From Chthoniobacterales bacterium (lineage in GTDB: Bacteria; Verrucomicrobiota; Verrucomicrobiia; Chthoniobacterales; JAFAMB01): 25,537 nt of DNA. The position numbers and the translations under genes are program-made. The notes beneath the pieces are model-generated. The model ran no database searches and was not told where the DNA came from. It was given only the letters and a program-made list of their open reading frames with translations. Every line of letters starts with the position of its first letter. The first letter of the stretch is position 1. Shown here piece after piece: positions 16,126-24,991 of the stretch. The stretch lies in contig DATHPI010000149.1 in NCBI GenBank assembly GCA_035484035.1, positions 1 through 25,537 of the forward strand. The letters are read 5' to 3'.

Positions 16126-16899
16126 ATGACTGAAATAATGCAGCAGGTGGAGGCTTTTCCGGGTGCGATCGGCGTCACTCATCTCAGAGTGTACGACAGT
16201 CTGGCGCCGGATGGACTGGCCGGCGGGAGCCCTCATATGCATTTTGCTTGTTCCGAAGCCTACCTGGTCATCAAGGGACAAGGGTTCGTGCAGACGCTAT
16301 CCAGTACCGGTTTTCGTGAAATTCCGCTTCGCGCCGGCTCGATGATCTGGTTTACACCCGGTCTGATCCATCGCCTGGTCAACACGGACGCCCAGCTTGA
16401 AATCTTCGCCGTGATGGAAAACGCCGGCTTGCCGGAGCATGGCGACTCTCTGCTCACTTTTCCGTTCAAGTATCTCCAGGACGAAGATTCTTATTGGCAA
16501 TCTGCCTCTCTAGAAAGTGCCGGGTTGGCGCCTGCCAACCAGCCAGAAGCGGCTCGTAAGCGCCGGGATTTAGCCGTCCGAGGGTTTCAGATGCTCCGCG
16601 CCGAATTGGAAAAGGGATCTTTGGAGACCTTTTACCAACAGGCGGCCCGGTTAGTGCGATCGAAAGAACCTGGTTGGCGCCAGATCTGGGAAGCTGGACC
16701 GATGAAGACCATTCAGCGCACCAAGTCGTTTCTGGACAAGCTGAACCTCGGAACCAGTGATTACTTAAATGAGGGAAGAGTGTTTGAGGTACCGGTCGAT
16801 CCTGAGTACGAGCTGCGAAAGCTGGGAATGTGCGGAACACTCCGGCCTTACTTTCCAGAAGGCGCCTTGATTGCCGGGCCGGCAGAGCGGCAGAAATGA
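16126..16899 (+). CDS. Cupin-domain protein
   Basis: GGSPHMHFACSEAYLVIKGQGFV…GSMIWFTPGLIHRL fits the two cupin motifs (G(x)5HxH(x)3-4E(x)6G and G(x)5PxG(x)2H). I chose the ATG at 16126; the ORF-track start is a GTG at 16108. Confidence 0.6.
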   Translation: MTEIMQQVEAFPGAIGVTHLRVYDSLAPDGLAGGSPHMHFACSEAYLVIKGQGFVQTLSSTGFREIPLRAGSMIWFTPGLIHRLVNTDAQLEIFAVMENAGLPEHGDSLLTFPFKYLQDEDSYWQSASLESAGLAPANQPEAARKRRDLAVRGFQMLRAELEKGSLETFYQQAARLVRSKEPGWRQIWEAGPMKTIQRTKSFLDKLNLGTSDYLNEGRVFEVPVDPEYELRKLGMCGTLRPYFPEGALIAGPAERQK

Positions 16900-16973
16900 T
16901 GAAGAATGGCGGAAAACGCGAAAATTAAACTGGTAAAGCGTTAGCTTTGCCATCTCCACCCCCGGGAACGAAT

Positions 16974-18227
16974 GTGAGGATCCTCAAACGCGGGATTATT
17001 TTCATCTTGGTTCACTTGATCGCCGAATCGCTGGCAGCGGCGAAGACGTTAACCGTACTCCTCTTGGCTAACGCTAGTACTCAAGACCTGATCCAGACGT
17101 TTCTCAAAGAATACAGCCGGGATCATCCCGGTATCGATTTTAGCGTATCGATTGTTCAATACAGCGCACTCACCGCTAAGGTCAATACTCTCGTCACCGC
17201 CGGTCAACCTCCGGATATTCTGGAAGTGACGACGGCCTACATTCAGACCTACGCTGAACAGGCCTTGGATTTAGCGCATTACGCAGATAAAGCCAATCTA
17301 CTAAGCCGATATCTCCCGAGTTATGCTGCGTTCATCAAGGCGAGAGAAAAAGTCATTGGAATTCCGATTGAGGCAACCATCAATGGCCTTTTCTACAACA
17401 AAGAGTTATTCAAACAAGCGGGAATCGAGGTACCGGCCGATTCCGACCACGTCTGGACTTGGGCGGACTTTAAGAACACTCTGGAAAAAGTGATGCGGCT
17501 GCCATCCTGCCGGATCGGGGTCGCCTACGACTGTAGCGTCCAAAGGTGGTCTAACCTGCTCTACCAGGCAAATGGTCGTTGGATCTCTGAGGACGGAAGA
17601 CAGATTTTGCCAAATCCGGAAGCCGCCAAGGAGGCGCTCACCTACTTCAGGAGTTTAATCGAAGCCAAGCTGGTACCCACCTCTTCCTGGCCTGGAAAGA
17701 CTGACGGTGGTCCGCTCTTTAAGACTGGGGTAGCTGCACTGATGTGGGCAGGGAATTGGGAATTGAAGACGCTTGTGGAAGGTGGAACTCGATTTCCTTT
17801 CGGAACGACTTTTTTTCCTAAGGAGGCGATCCGCGCGGCATGTCCGGGAGGGGAATTTTTGATTGGCTTCGCAAATTCGCCCAACCATGAAGACGCCGCA
17901 AAACTGTTGCTCTGGTGGGCGGAGCCGACGACCACGAAGAGCTATCTGGAACGCCTCGGCGGTTCTCTGCTGAGCCCGATGAAGGATCTTCCTGTCAATT
18001 ACGGGAAATACACGGAATATCTCAAGCCGATGCTGGACGATCTCGCGGTGACCCCTGAATGGGTGGCGGAGGATCTAGCCAGGCCCGAGTTGAATTTGCT
18101 GCAGAACGATTTGCTTGAACAGTTGATTCTTTACTCCACTGGCAGGAGCCGGTTTGAAGAGACCATCTCGGCAATCAATCAACTCGGCTCTCAAGTCCTC
18201 GGAAACAATCGCCCGGTCACAAAATAG
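16974..18227 (+). CDS. ABC transporter extracellular solute-binding protein, family 1 (sugar/oligosaccharide type)
   Basis: It has a signal peptide, (M)RILKRGIIFILVHLIAESLAAA. SBP_bac_1-like features run through the rest of the protein (PDILEV…, WPGKTDGGPLFKTGVAALMWAGNWEL). I chose the GTG at 16974; the ORF track starts at a TTG at 16947. Confidence 0.7.
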   Translation: MRILKRGIIFILVHLIAESLAAAKTLTVLLLANASTQDLIQTFLKEYSRDHPGIDFSVSIVQYSALTAKVNTLVTAGQPPDILEVTTAYIQTYAEQALDLAHYADKANLLSRYLPSYAAFIKAREKVIGIPIEATINGLFYNKELFKQAGIEVPADSDHVWTWADFKNTLEKVMRLPSCRIGVAYDCSVQRWSNLLYQANGRWISEDGRQILPNPEAAKEALTYFRSLIEAKLVPTSSWPGKTDGGPLFKTGVAALMWAGNWELKTLVEGGTRFPFGTTFFPKEAIRAACPGGEFLIGFANSPNHEDAAKLLLWWAEPTTTKSYLERLGGSLLSPMKDLPVNYGKYTEYLKPMLDDLAVTPEWVAEDLARPELNLLQNDLLEQLILYSTGRSRFEETISAINQLGSQVLGNNRPVTK

Positions 18228-18237
18228 AAAGCGGCTT

Positions 18238-18624
18238 ATGGTTTCGCCTGATCCTCGAACTCCGGTACCGGATGGCAATCCCCCATCCTCTTTCGGTTCG
18301 AGACGGTCTTCTTCGGGTTGGCTATCCGAATTCCAATGGGCTCCCTACCTCTTTTTGATTCCGACAGTAGGCCTTCTCTTTGTTTTCAGCGTATTGCCTA
18401 TGATCTACGGGGTCTGGATGTCGTTACAGAATGTGGATGTCGTTCGCGGTAACTCCAGCTTTATCGGATTGGGAAACTACCTGCGACTATTCCACGACGG
18501 CCAATTTGGTTTAAGCGTCTTAAATACCGCTTGGTATACCTTGACGGTGGTTCCACTGATCGTCATTTGGCGATGCTGCCGGTGCTGCTCGTCTTTTCTC
18601 TGTTTTCAGCGCTATTTTTTGTAA
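18238..18624 (+). pseudogene. Truncated N-terminal fragment (about 128 aa) of a sugar ABC transporter permease (MalF/UgpA-like). The remainder of the permease, the second permease and the ATPase are absent.
   Basis: WAPYLFLIPTVGLLFVFSVLPMIYGVWMSLQNVDVVRGNSSFIGLGNYLRLFHDGQFGLSVLNTAWYTLTVVPL matches the conserved N-terminal region of binding-protein-dependent permeases. The ORF then ends at 18624, and an unrelated oxidoreductase gene starts at 18673. Confidence 0.5.
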
Positions 18625-18672
18625 GGGTCGTTGAGTGGAGGCGTCAAGGGATAAGAAAATTCGGATCTAACT

Positions 18673-19812
18673 ATGCAAACGGTAAAACTCGGAATTGTTG
18701 GGGTTGGCACGATGGGTGCGATCCACGCGCAAAGCGTCCTCGACGGCAGTATCCCGCGGTGCCAACTGACCGCTGTCTGTGATCCAAGGGCCGAACGCCT
18801 GAATCTATTCTCGGCCGTCGAAGGTTTTGCCTCTGTAGACGACTTTTTGCGGTCATCTGAAATAGACGCCGTCTTGATTGCTACGCCGCACTACTCTCAT
18901 ACCACCATCGGTATCAAAGCGCTGGAAACCGGCCGCCATGTGCTGGTGGAAAAACCGATCTCCGTCCATAAATCGGATGGGGAACGCTTGCTTGCGGCCC
19001 ATCACGCCTCGAATCAGGTCTTTGCCGCCATGTTCAACCAGCGTACGGACCCTTTTTATCTGAAACTCCGTCAACTGGTTCAATCCGGAGATCTAGGAGC
19101 GATCAGGCGCGTAAGCTGGACGATTACTAATTGGTTCCGCACAGAAGCCTATTATCAATCGAGCAACTGGAGAGCGACCTGGGCGGGTGAGGGCGGCGGT
19201 GTCTTGCTTAACCAATGTCCACATAATCTCGATCTCTTTCAATGGATCTTCGGTATGCCGGCCCAAGTTCGCGCCTTTTGCCATTTTGGCAGGTATCACG
19301 ATATCGAGGTCGAGGACGACGTAACGGCCTATCTCGAATACCCAGACGGCATGACAGCCGTATTCAGCACCTCCACCGGAGAAGCGCCAGGCACGAACCG
19401 GCTCGAAGTGGCCGCCGAACGAGGCAAAGTGGTCATTGAAAACGATCTGTTTCTCTTTACTCGAAATGAGGTACTGATGAGTGAGTTTTCACGGACAGAT
19501 CCTGGTCGGTTTTCGGCCCCGCAGACTTGGGAGATCCGAATCCCAATCAGTGGCCATGGCCCCCAGCACAATGGAGTTCTGGGGAATTTCGTCTCCGCTA
19601 TCCTGGATGGTACGCCGTTAATTGCGCCGGCTCGAGAAGGTCTTAATTCTCTGGAACTGGCCAACGCCTTTCTGCTCTCAACTCTAGAAAATCGGACGAT
19701 CAAAGTTCCGATCGACGGGGCATTATTTAACCAGCATCTCCAAAAATTGATTTCTTCATCCACCCGGCCGAAACCCGGAGTTTTCAGGACGGGTTCGGAC
19801 GACGTGCACTGA
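18673..19812 (+). CDS. Gfo/Idh/MocA family oxidoreductase
   Basis: KLGIVGVGTMGAIHAQ Rossmann motif, HVLVEKPI, and a typical C-terminal domain. Confidence 0.8.
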   Translation: MQTVKLGIVGVGTMGAIHAQSVLDGSIPRCQLTAVCDPRAERLNLFSAVEGFASVDDFLRSSEIDAVLIATPHYSHTTIGIKALETGRHVLVEKPISVHKSDGERLLAAHHASNQVFAAMFNQRTDPFYLKLRQLVQSGDLGAIRRVSWTITNWFRTEAYYQSSNWRATWAGEGGGVLLNQCPHNLDLFQWIFGMPAQVRAFCHFGRYHDIEVEDDVTAYLEYPDGMTAVFSTSTGEAPGTNRLEVAAERGKVVIENDLFLFTRNEVLMSEFSRTDPGRFSAPQTWEIRIPISGHGPQHNGVLGNFVSAILDGTPLIAPAREGLNSLELANAFLLSTLENRTIKVPIDGALFNQHLQKLISSSTRPKPGVFRTGSDDVH

Positions 19813-19838
19813 TTAACAACGAACAAGTCTCTTTCACG

Positions 19839-20909
19839 ATGAGCCAGACAGGTTACGATTATGCTCCCAAAGGAAAACCGGCGCCGGTGTGCCAACCAGG
19901 TGATTTCCTATTTGCAGCAGTGGCACTTGATCACGGTCACATCAATGGAATGTGCAACGGGTTATTGGAAGCGGGTGGCCAGCTGCGCTGGGTATTCGAT
20001 CCTGACCCGCTCAAGGTCCGAGCATTCCAGGAAATCTTTCCAGGAGTGGAAGCGGCCCAGTCGTTAGTTCAGGTTCTGGAAGATCCCAACGTTAACCTGG
20101 TCGCAGCTGCTGCTATCCCTTCTGAAAGAGGGCCTCTCGGTGTCCAAGTCATGAGAGCCGGCAAAAATTACTTTACCGACAAGACCCCATTCACGGAATT
20201 GGGTCAATTGGCGGAGGCCAAGTCTGTCGCGGCCGAGCAACGGAAAAAATATATGGTCTACTACAGTGAACGTCTTCACGTCGAATGTGCGGTGTTCGCA
20301 GGTGATCTTGTACGGGAGGGCGCGATCGGCCGGGTGGTGAATGTCTTGGGGCTGGGACCTCATCGCCTGAACGCTGACGCCCGTCCGGCGTGGTTTTTCG
20401 AAAGAGCGAAGTATGGCGGCATCTTATGCGATATCGGCAGTCACCAGATTGAGCAGTTCCTTTTCTTTGCCGGAGCTTCCGATGCCAGCGTTACCTCCGC
20501 ACGGGTGGCGAACTATGCGAATAAACAGTACCCGGAACTGGAAGATTTTGGGGACGCGACGTTGATCGCGGACAATGGTGCCACTTCCTATTTTCGAGTG
20601 GATTGGCTGACTCCGGCAGGTCTGCGCACCTGGGGAGACGGTCGGACGATCATTTTGGGCACAGAAGGTTATATCGAAATGCGAAAGTATATTGACGTTA
20701 GCCGCGAGCCCGTAGGCAACCATCTGTTTTTGGTGAACGGTGAGAGCGAACAACATTTTTCTCTCAGCGGAAAAGTTGGCTTCCCGTTCTTCGGGCAGCT
20801 TATTCTCGATTGCCTGAATGGGACAGACAACGCGATGACGCAGGCGCACGCCTTCAAAGCGGCGGAACTATGCCTCAAGGCTCAAGCCGCCGCTCGCCGG
20901 ATCGCCTAG
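19839..20909 (+). CDS. Gfo/Idh/MocA-like oxidoreductase domain protein (divergent)
   Basis: Its length and architecture parallel the neighbouring Gfo/Idh/MocA genes, with an N-terminal dinucleotide-binding-like region (FAAVALDHGHINGM) and a C-terminal alpha/beta region. It is more divergent, so confidence is lower. Confidence 0.5.
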   Translation: MSQTGYDYAPKGKPAPVCQPGDFLFAAVALDHGHINGMCNGLLEAGGQLRWVFDPDPLKVRAFQEIFPGVEAAQSLVQVLEDPNVNLVAAAAIPSERGPLGVQVMRAGKNYFTDKTPFTELGQLAEAKSVAAEQRKKYMVYYSERLHVECAVFAGDLVREGAIGRVVNVLGLGPHRLNADARPAWFFERAKYGGILCDIGSHQIEQFLFFAGASDASVTSARVANYANKQYPELEDFGDATLIADNGATSYFRVDWLTPAGLRTWGDGRTIILGTEGYIEMRKYIDVSREPVGNHLFLVNGESEQHFSLSGKVGFPFFGQLILDCLNGTDNAMTQAHAFKAAELCLKAQAAARRIA

Positions 20910-20971
20910 TCCTCATCCTCGTGCTCGTTATCCTTATCGATCTTTGATCGTCCCCGTTCAAAATCGGGTGG

Positions 20972-21022
20972 CGGGTAGGGCGAGGCTCCGCCCGAGCCGG
21001 GGCTTCCCGCGTCTACCTGCCT
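20972..21022. repeat. Solo copy of the family-2 repeat
   Basis: gtagggcgaggctccgcccgagccggggcttcccgcgtctacctgcc matches the cores at 7184-7526 and 10041-10238. It is bounded by GGTAG...CTACC. Confidence 0.5.
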
Positions 21023-21178
21023 TTTGACGAAAACCCCCCATGAGGCACTTCGATCCTTCGATTGGATCGTTTTACGGCTCCCTGGCAAGAGCTTCGCATT
21101 TCTCCAGAATGGAACCAAAAGTATCCCGAAATATTCAAGTTCCTATATGGGAGCGACTTTCTATATACTTCGCGTCTC

Positions 21179-21949
21179 GTGAAGCCGACCTTCTCTATCT
21201 TGCTCCTTCTTTTGGCCTTTGTTATAAGAGCGACCGCCGACAAGCCCACCGAGTTAACCAAGACTTCCCAGACCGAATTCGATATCCCCAAAGAAGTTGT
21301 CGCATTCGTCTCCGACCTCATCGAGACCAATCCCGAGGTTCGCCGCCAGTACGAAGGGCTGATAGCAACCACCAAAGAGAATGCGGGCGGAAGGTTCAGA
21401 GTTGGCGACTTTGTTCCGATTGAGTGGCTGGTCCCAAACTACGAGGGCAATTCTAAGGACACGGGCAGCTCAAGCGACGGGGAATATATCTATCTCGTTC
21501 AGCAGCAGCTTATCTTTGGCTTCCACCGTGGTTACAGTGTCGAAGACAATGTCGTGGCGCGTGTCCATGTCAGGTTGCACGAAGTAGACCCACCCGTTCG
21601 GAACTCCCTCAAAATGACCTTCGAAGGCTTCGTCACCGTCGTACTGAATCCAGCCGTTGCGCCCAGCTCGGTCTCAGAGACACCCACTTTTGATCACTCC
21701 GCGGTCGACGCGGAGAGCAATGGGAACATTGTAGACGATCCGCGCTATGCACCACTGGATGCTCGTCTGAACAAGGTCTATTCGGCTCTGCGGGCGAAAC
21801 TTTCTGCGGGAAAGAGGGACCAGCTGAAACAGCTCGAACGTGATTTTCTCGACCGGCGGGATCAGGTGAAGGACAACCCGGAAAGCTTCTTCGCTCTTAC
21901 CGAACAACAGATTGCGGTTTTGCAGCAAATGCTGAATGCTGTCCGCTAG
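21179..21949 (+). CDS. Secreted hypothetical protein with C-terminal DUF1311 (LprI-like, lysozyme-inhibitor-type) domain
   Basis: A GTG start at 21179 gives a signal peptide, (M)KPTFSILLLLLAFVIRATA. The C-terminal LNKVYSALRAKLSAGKRDQLKQLERDFLDRRD fits the DUF1311 pattern (L...Y..L...L....+..L...Q+.W..yRd). The ORF-track start at ATG 21062 runs into the family-2 repeat. Confidence 0.45.
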   Translation: MKPTFSILLLLLAFVIRATADKPTELTKTSQTEFDIPKEVVAFVSDLIETNPEVRRQYEGLIATTKENAGGRFRVGDFVPIEWLVPNYEGNSKDTGSSSDGEYIYLVQQQLIFGFHRGYSVEDNVVARVHVRLHEVDPPVRNSLKMTFEGFVTVVLNPAVAPSSVSETPTFDHSAVDAESNGNIVDDPRYAPLDARLNKVYSALRAKLSAGKRDQLKQLERDFLDRRDQVKDNPESFFALTEQQIAVLQQMLNAVR

Positions 21950-22092
21950 CGAAACCAGGCAATTAAGGTCGCGTTTTTGGCACCTCAATCTGCTTTTGGG
22001 ACGGCAGAGGGAAGATTTCGGCACGCCTTTGATCTTCTACCCATGCCGGCGCGTCCGGTGCGAAACGTTCACAGAAAAATCCAAGTTCCTAA

Positions 22093-23352
22093 CTAATGAC
22101 CGCCTAGCAACTTCAGATCTACAGAATCGCCCATTGCTTTGTACCCCTCATCGTTCGGATGTAAATGATCGCCGGCGTCGTATTCTGCTCGAATCTTTGA
22201 GGGATGTTGTGGATCCCTGACAACGGCGTCAAAGTCAATGACGCCGTCATAGGCGCTGCTCTGCCGGATCCACTCGTTGACCGCCTGCCGCATCTTCTCT
22301 TTGTCGGGATTATAAAAGGTCTGCAGCGGCGCTCCGGCGAAAGCACCTTCAAAGGGCGTTAAGGTGGCGCCAATGACTTTGATGCCATGCAGGTGAGCCC
22401 TATCAATCAATTGCTGATAACCAGCGATGATCTTTTCCGCTGTGACTGGTTCTTCCGGCGGCGTCAAAAAAGTCCCAGGCCATCCAATGTCGTTGATACC
22501 TTCCAAGATGACCACGTGGGATACGCTCGGCTGGCTCAGCACGTCCCGGTCGAATCTCGCCAGCGCTTTGATCCCCATCCCGTCGCTTAGTACTCGGTTG
22601 CCCCCGATACCTTCGTTGACCACCGCAATTGCGCCGTACTCAGGCGCCTGACTCAACCGCTCTGCCAAATGATCAGGCCAGCGATTATCGGTGTCTGGCG
22701 TTGACCGCGCTCCATCTGTGATTGAATCGCCGAAAGCAACTACCACCCGCGCGTCAGTCGGAGCATCCACCATTACGGCAGTTAGAAAAAAGCGGCTGGT
22801 CGCAGTGTCGCCGACCGGCATTTTCTCGGCACTAACAAAATTGCCTAACGAGGAGATATAAGCAGTCTGCGCCGCTTCGAGATGGTAGGTCCTAACCTCG
22901 GCTCGTTGCTCAAAGTACAGGCTGACCGCCAAGTGCGTTAATGGAGCCAATTTGAGCTCGACTGGGTCGCTCAGCACCGGAGCACCCGGTAGAAGCGTAA
23001 CCGTAGACTTTCCGTTGAAGGTAAGGGCTCGATCGGTATCCGTCTGTATCGACCCTGTGGCTCCCGCGACAGCAATATGGGCTGCCTCCACTTCGACAGG
23101 TCGGAAGCCAAACTCGTTTGATAGGCGCACTCGCACTCTCTGCCCGCCCAAGCTGATCCGTACCACCTGACGTACGGTCTGGTCAAAAAATCCTGCCGGT
23201 ATCGGACCAGCCCATGGTGGCATTGGCCCTGCCGTCCAGGTATTGATCCAGTGATCGTTGCTCCTTGGGGTTTCGGCCGATACTGGATTTAAACACCAAC
23301 TGGTGGTCATCAAGGCCAATCCCAGAAAGCCAATTCGTCTTAGATATGCCAT
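22093..23352 (-). CDS. SGNH/GDSL hydrolase family protein with N-terminal beta-rich domain, secreted
   Basis: It carries the SGNH blocks VVAFGDSITDG, NEGIGGN, VILEGINDIG and DHLHPNDEGY. Signal peptide MAYLRRIGFLGLALMTTSWCLNPVSA, from the ATG at 23352; an alternative start is the ATG at 23424. Confidence 0.65.
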   Translation of the reverse strand: MAYLRRIGFLGLALMTTSWCLNPVSAETPRSNDHWINTWTAGPMPPWAGPIPAGFFDQTVRQVVRISLGGQRVRVRLSNEFGFRPVEVEAAHIAVAGATGSIQTDTDRALTFNGKSTVTLLPGAPVLSDPVELKLAPLTHLAVSLYFEQRAEVRTYHLEAAQTAYISSLGNFVSAEKMPVGDTATSRFFLTAVMVDAPTDARVVVAFGDSITDGARSTPDTDNRWPDHLAERLSQAPEYGAIAVVNEGIGGNRVLSDGMGIKALARFDRDVLSQPSVSHVVILEGINDIGWPGTFLTPPEEPVTAEKIIAGYQQLIDRAHLHGIKVIGATLTPFEGAFAGAPLQTFYNPDKEKMRQAVNEWIRQSSAYDGVIDFDAVVRDPQHPSKIRAEYDAGDHLHPNDEGYKAMGDSVDLKLLGGH

Positions 23353-23542
23353 CGCCAGAAGGTCGTACCCGCGAAGCTCCGCTTTGCGCCGGTCAATGGA
23401 AATAGTGTCGGAGGATCTTTTCACCTGTCTGTATTCCTGGCGTCGCTGACGCTATGGTTTGTGAACTTATTTTCGATCGCCGCCGTCCATCCGAAAAACT
23501 TGAACGCACAGCAAAACTTACAATCTTCGAGAACACGGGCTC

Positions 23543-23567
23543 CAAGGGGTGCTTCAAGCACCCCTTG
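23543..23567. other. Perfect palindrome caaggggtgctt-c-aagcaccccttg between the two SGNH hydrolase genes
   Basis: Read directly from the sequence. The stem is at least 10 bp with a 5-nt loop. It lies 28 nt downstream of the stop of the upstream gene (23595, minus strand). No U-tract follows. Confidence 0.3.
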
Positions 23568-23594
23568 CTGCTGCCTCTTGCGAACGCGGTTTGG

Positions 23595-24320
23595 CTATTT
23601 AAACATCTCCTTCACCTTTGCCGCGATGGCGAGTCCGAGCTTTCTCTCCGATTCGGCAGTGAGATGTAAGCCGTCGACACCGTCGGTTGAGACAATAGAT
23701 CCGGCGTTCAAATATTCTGCCCCACCCATCTTGGCAACTGCCTCATAGAGCTCAGGAAGCTTTTGGGATTTTTCAAGACCTCCTTTAAACATCTCCCCAA
23801 AAACCGGTCCTTTTTCGATATTCGGGTTCAATGGAGGAGGACAAACAAGCAAAACTCTTGGATTCTTATAGTTTGTCCCCACGCCTCCGTTTAACGTGTT
23901 CACCAGGTCAATTAGATGCGCCGCACCGATCGCAATTCGCATCGGAGTTCGATTAAACACCGGTTTAAGATCGTTTGTTCCGAGCATGATTATGACGAGA
24001 TCCAGCGGCAAATGAGAGTTCAGGCAGGCCGGAAGGTAGGCACTTCCGTCGAGTTGAGCTCCGCTGATCGATGCTCCTGGATCCTTCGCGTCTGTCGTTC
24101 TGCCATTAAGGCCTTCTGGGATTACCTGATAATTGTCGCCTAGTGCCTTTTGTAAGGTCCCGGGCCACTGATCCTCAGGGGCGAACCTGGTGCTGGGAGG
24201 GTTGGGGTTCGGGATCCAGCCCCAGGTAATCGAATCTCCGTAAGCGACGATTCGAATTGGTTGGGCAAAGGAAGAGCCGACGAGCGCCAAAAGCGCAAAG
24301 ATACAAAGCAACTTGTTCAT
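23595..24320 (-). CDS. SGNH/GDSL lipase/acylhydrolase, secreted
   Basis: Signal peptide MNKLLCIFALLALVGSSFA. SGNH blocks IVAYGDSITWG, LNGRTT, IMLGTNDL and DGLHLT. Confidence 0.7.
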   Translation of the reverse strand: MNKLLCIFALLALVGSSFAQPIRIVAYGDSITWGWIPNPNPPSTRFAPEDQWPGTLQKALGDNYQVIPEGLNGRTTDAKDPGASISGAQLDGSAYLPACLNSHLPLDLVIIMLGTNDLKPVFNRTPMRIAIGAAHLIDLVNTLNGGVGTNYKNPRVLLVCPPPLNPNIEKGPVFGEMFKGGLEKSQKLPELYEAVAKMGGAEYLNAGSIVSTDGVDGLHLTAESERKLGLAIAAKVKEMFK

Positions 24321-24703
24321 TTTTTTTGGGGGGCGAAGTTATTCAACCTAAGACGTCTAATCGGATGCGATAAAGATGGCAATAAAATAACTGCATTGTA
24401 TTTCGATCTGATTAAGCCAGGAAGCGTGGGGGCGTAAAGTGCAGATGCACGTTCGGATGGCACTTGAGCCAGCAGTCGTCTAGTCGTCTTATGGATATTG
24501 ACATTGTCGAGGATGACGAGAGTCTCCTTTTTCCTTGCCGAGTCGTGCTCGCGCATAAACCCGCCAAGACAGCATCGTCACTGATCACCCAAAGCCTCGC
24601 CACCAGTCGGCCATTCAGTGCGCGCAGTCCTGGCGGCGGCGCTTTGGCTAACTAATTTTTGCAATCATCTACTAGGCCGGTTTTTACGGCCAGGAGGACG
24701 AGG

Positions 24704-24934
24704 ATGATGAAGACGCGGAATTTCCTGATCGTGATCGCGATCGTCGTCGTCCTCGATCAGCTGGTCAACTGGTCTGCTGGTGGTGAAGAAATCCAGGACG
24801 AAGGACGACGACGATTGAAGACGCGGAGTTTCCTGATCATCGTCGTGGTCGTCGTCGTCCTCGTCCTCGGTCTGCTGGTCGTAAGGAAATCGAGGACGAG
24901 CACGAGCACGAGCACGAGGACGATTGAAGATTGA
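24704..24934 (+). CDS. Candidate 76-aa internally duplicated small hydrophobic protein, encoded within a roughly 100-bp tandem DNA repeat
   Basis: AGGAGG at 24692-24697 sits 6 nt upstream of ATGATG (24704). The translation is MMKTRNFLIVIAIVVVLDQLVNWSAGGEEIQDEGRRRLKTRSFLIIVVVVVVLVLGLLVVRKSRTSTSTSTRTIED. Two KTR(N/S)FLI…hydrophobic units correspond to the two DNA repeat units. Coding status is uncertain because the region is triplet-repeat rich (GAC/GTC). Confidence 0.3.
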   Translation: MMKTRNFLIVIAIVVVLDQLVNWSAGGEEIQDEGRRRLKTRSFLIIVVVVVVLVLGLLVVRKSRTSTSTSTRTIED

Positions 24935-24985
24935 AGAGGGAGCCGAAAACGAGAGAACCCCGACCGGCTTTCACCGGGCGGGGTT
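24935..24985 (-). terminator. Rho-independent terminator of the rRNA operon (minus strand), possibly bidirectional
   Basis: Hairpin aaccccg-a-ccgg-ctttcac-cggg-c-ggggtt at 24956-24985. On the minus strand it is followed by CTCTCGTTTTCGG. It lies immediately 3' of the 5S rRNA. Confidence 0.55.
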
Positions 24986-24991
24986 CATAAT

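Noticed and set aside
18531-18782. 83-aa ORF overlapping the end of the permease remnant and the start of the oxidoreductase
   Set aside because: I checked it as a possible frameshifted continuation of the truncated permease. Its translation (…VRVVEWRRQGIRKFG…) has no permease-like transmembrane pattern beyond one short hydrophobic run.
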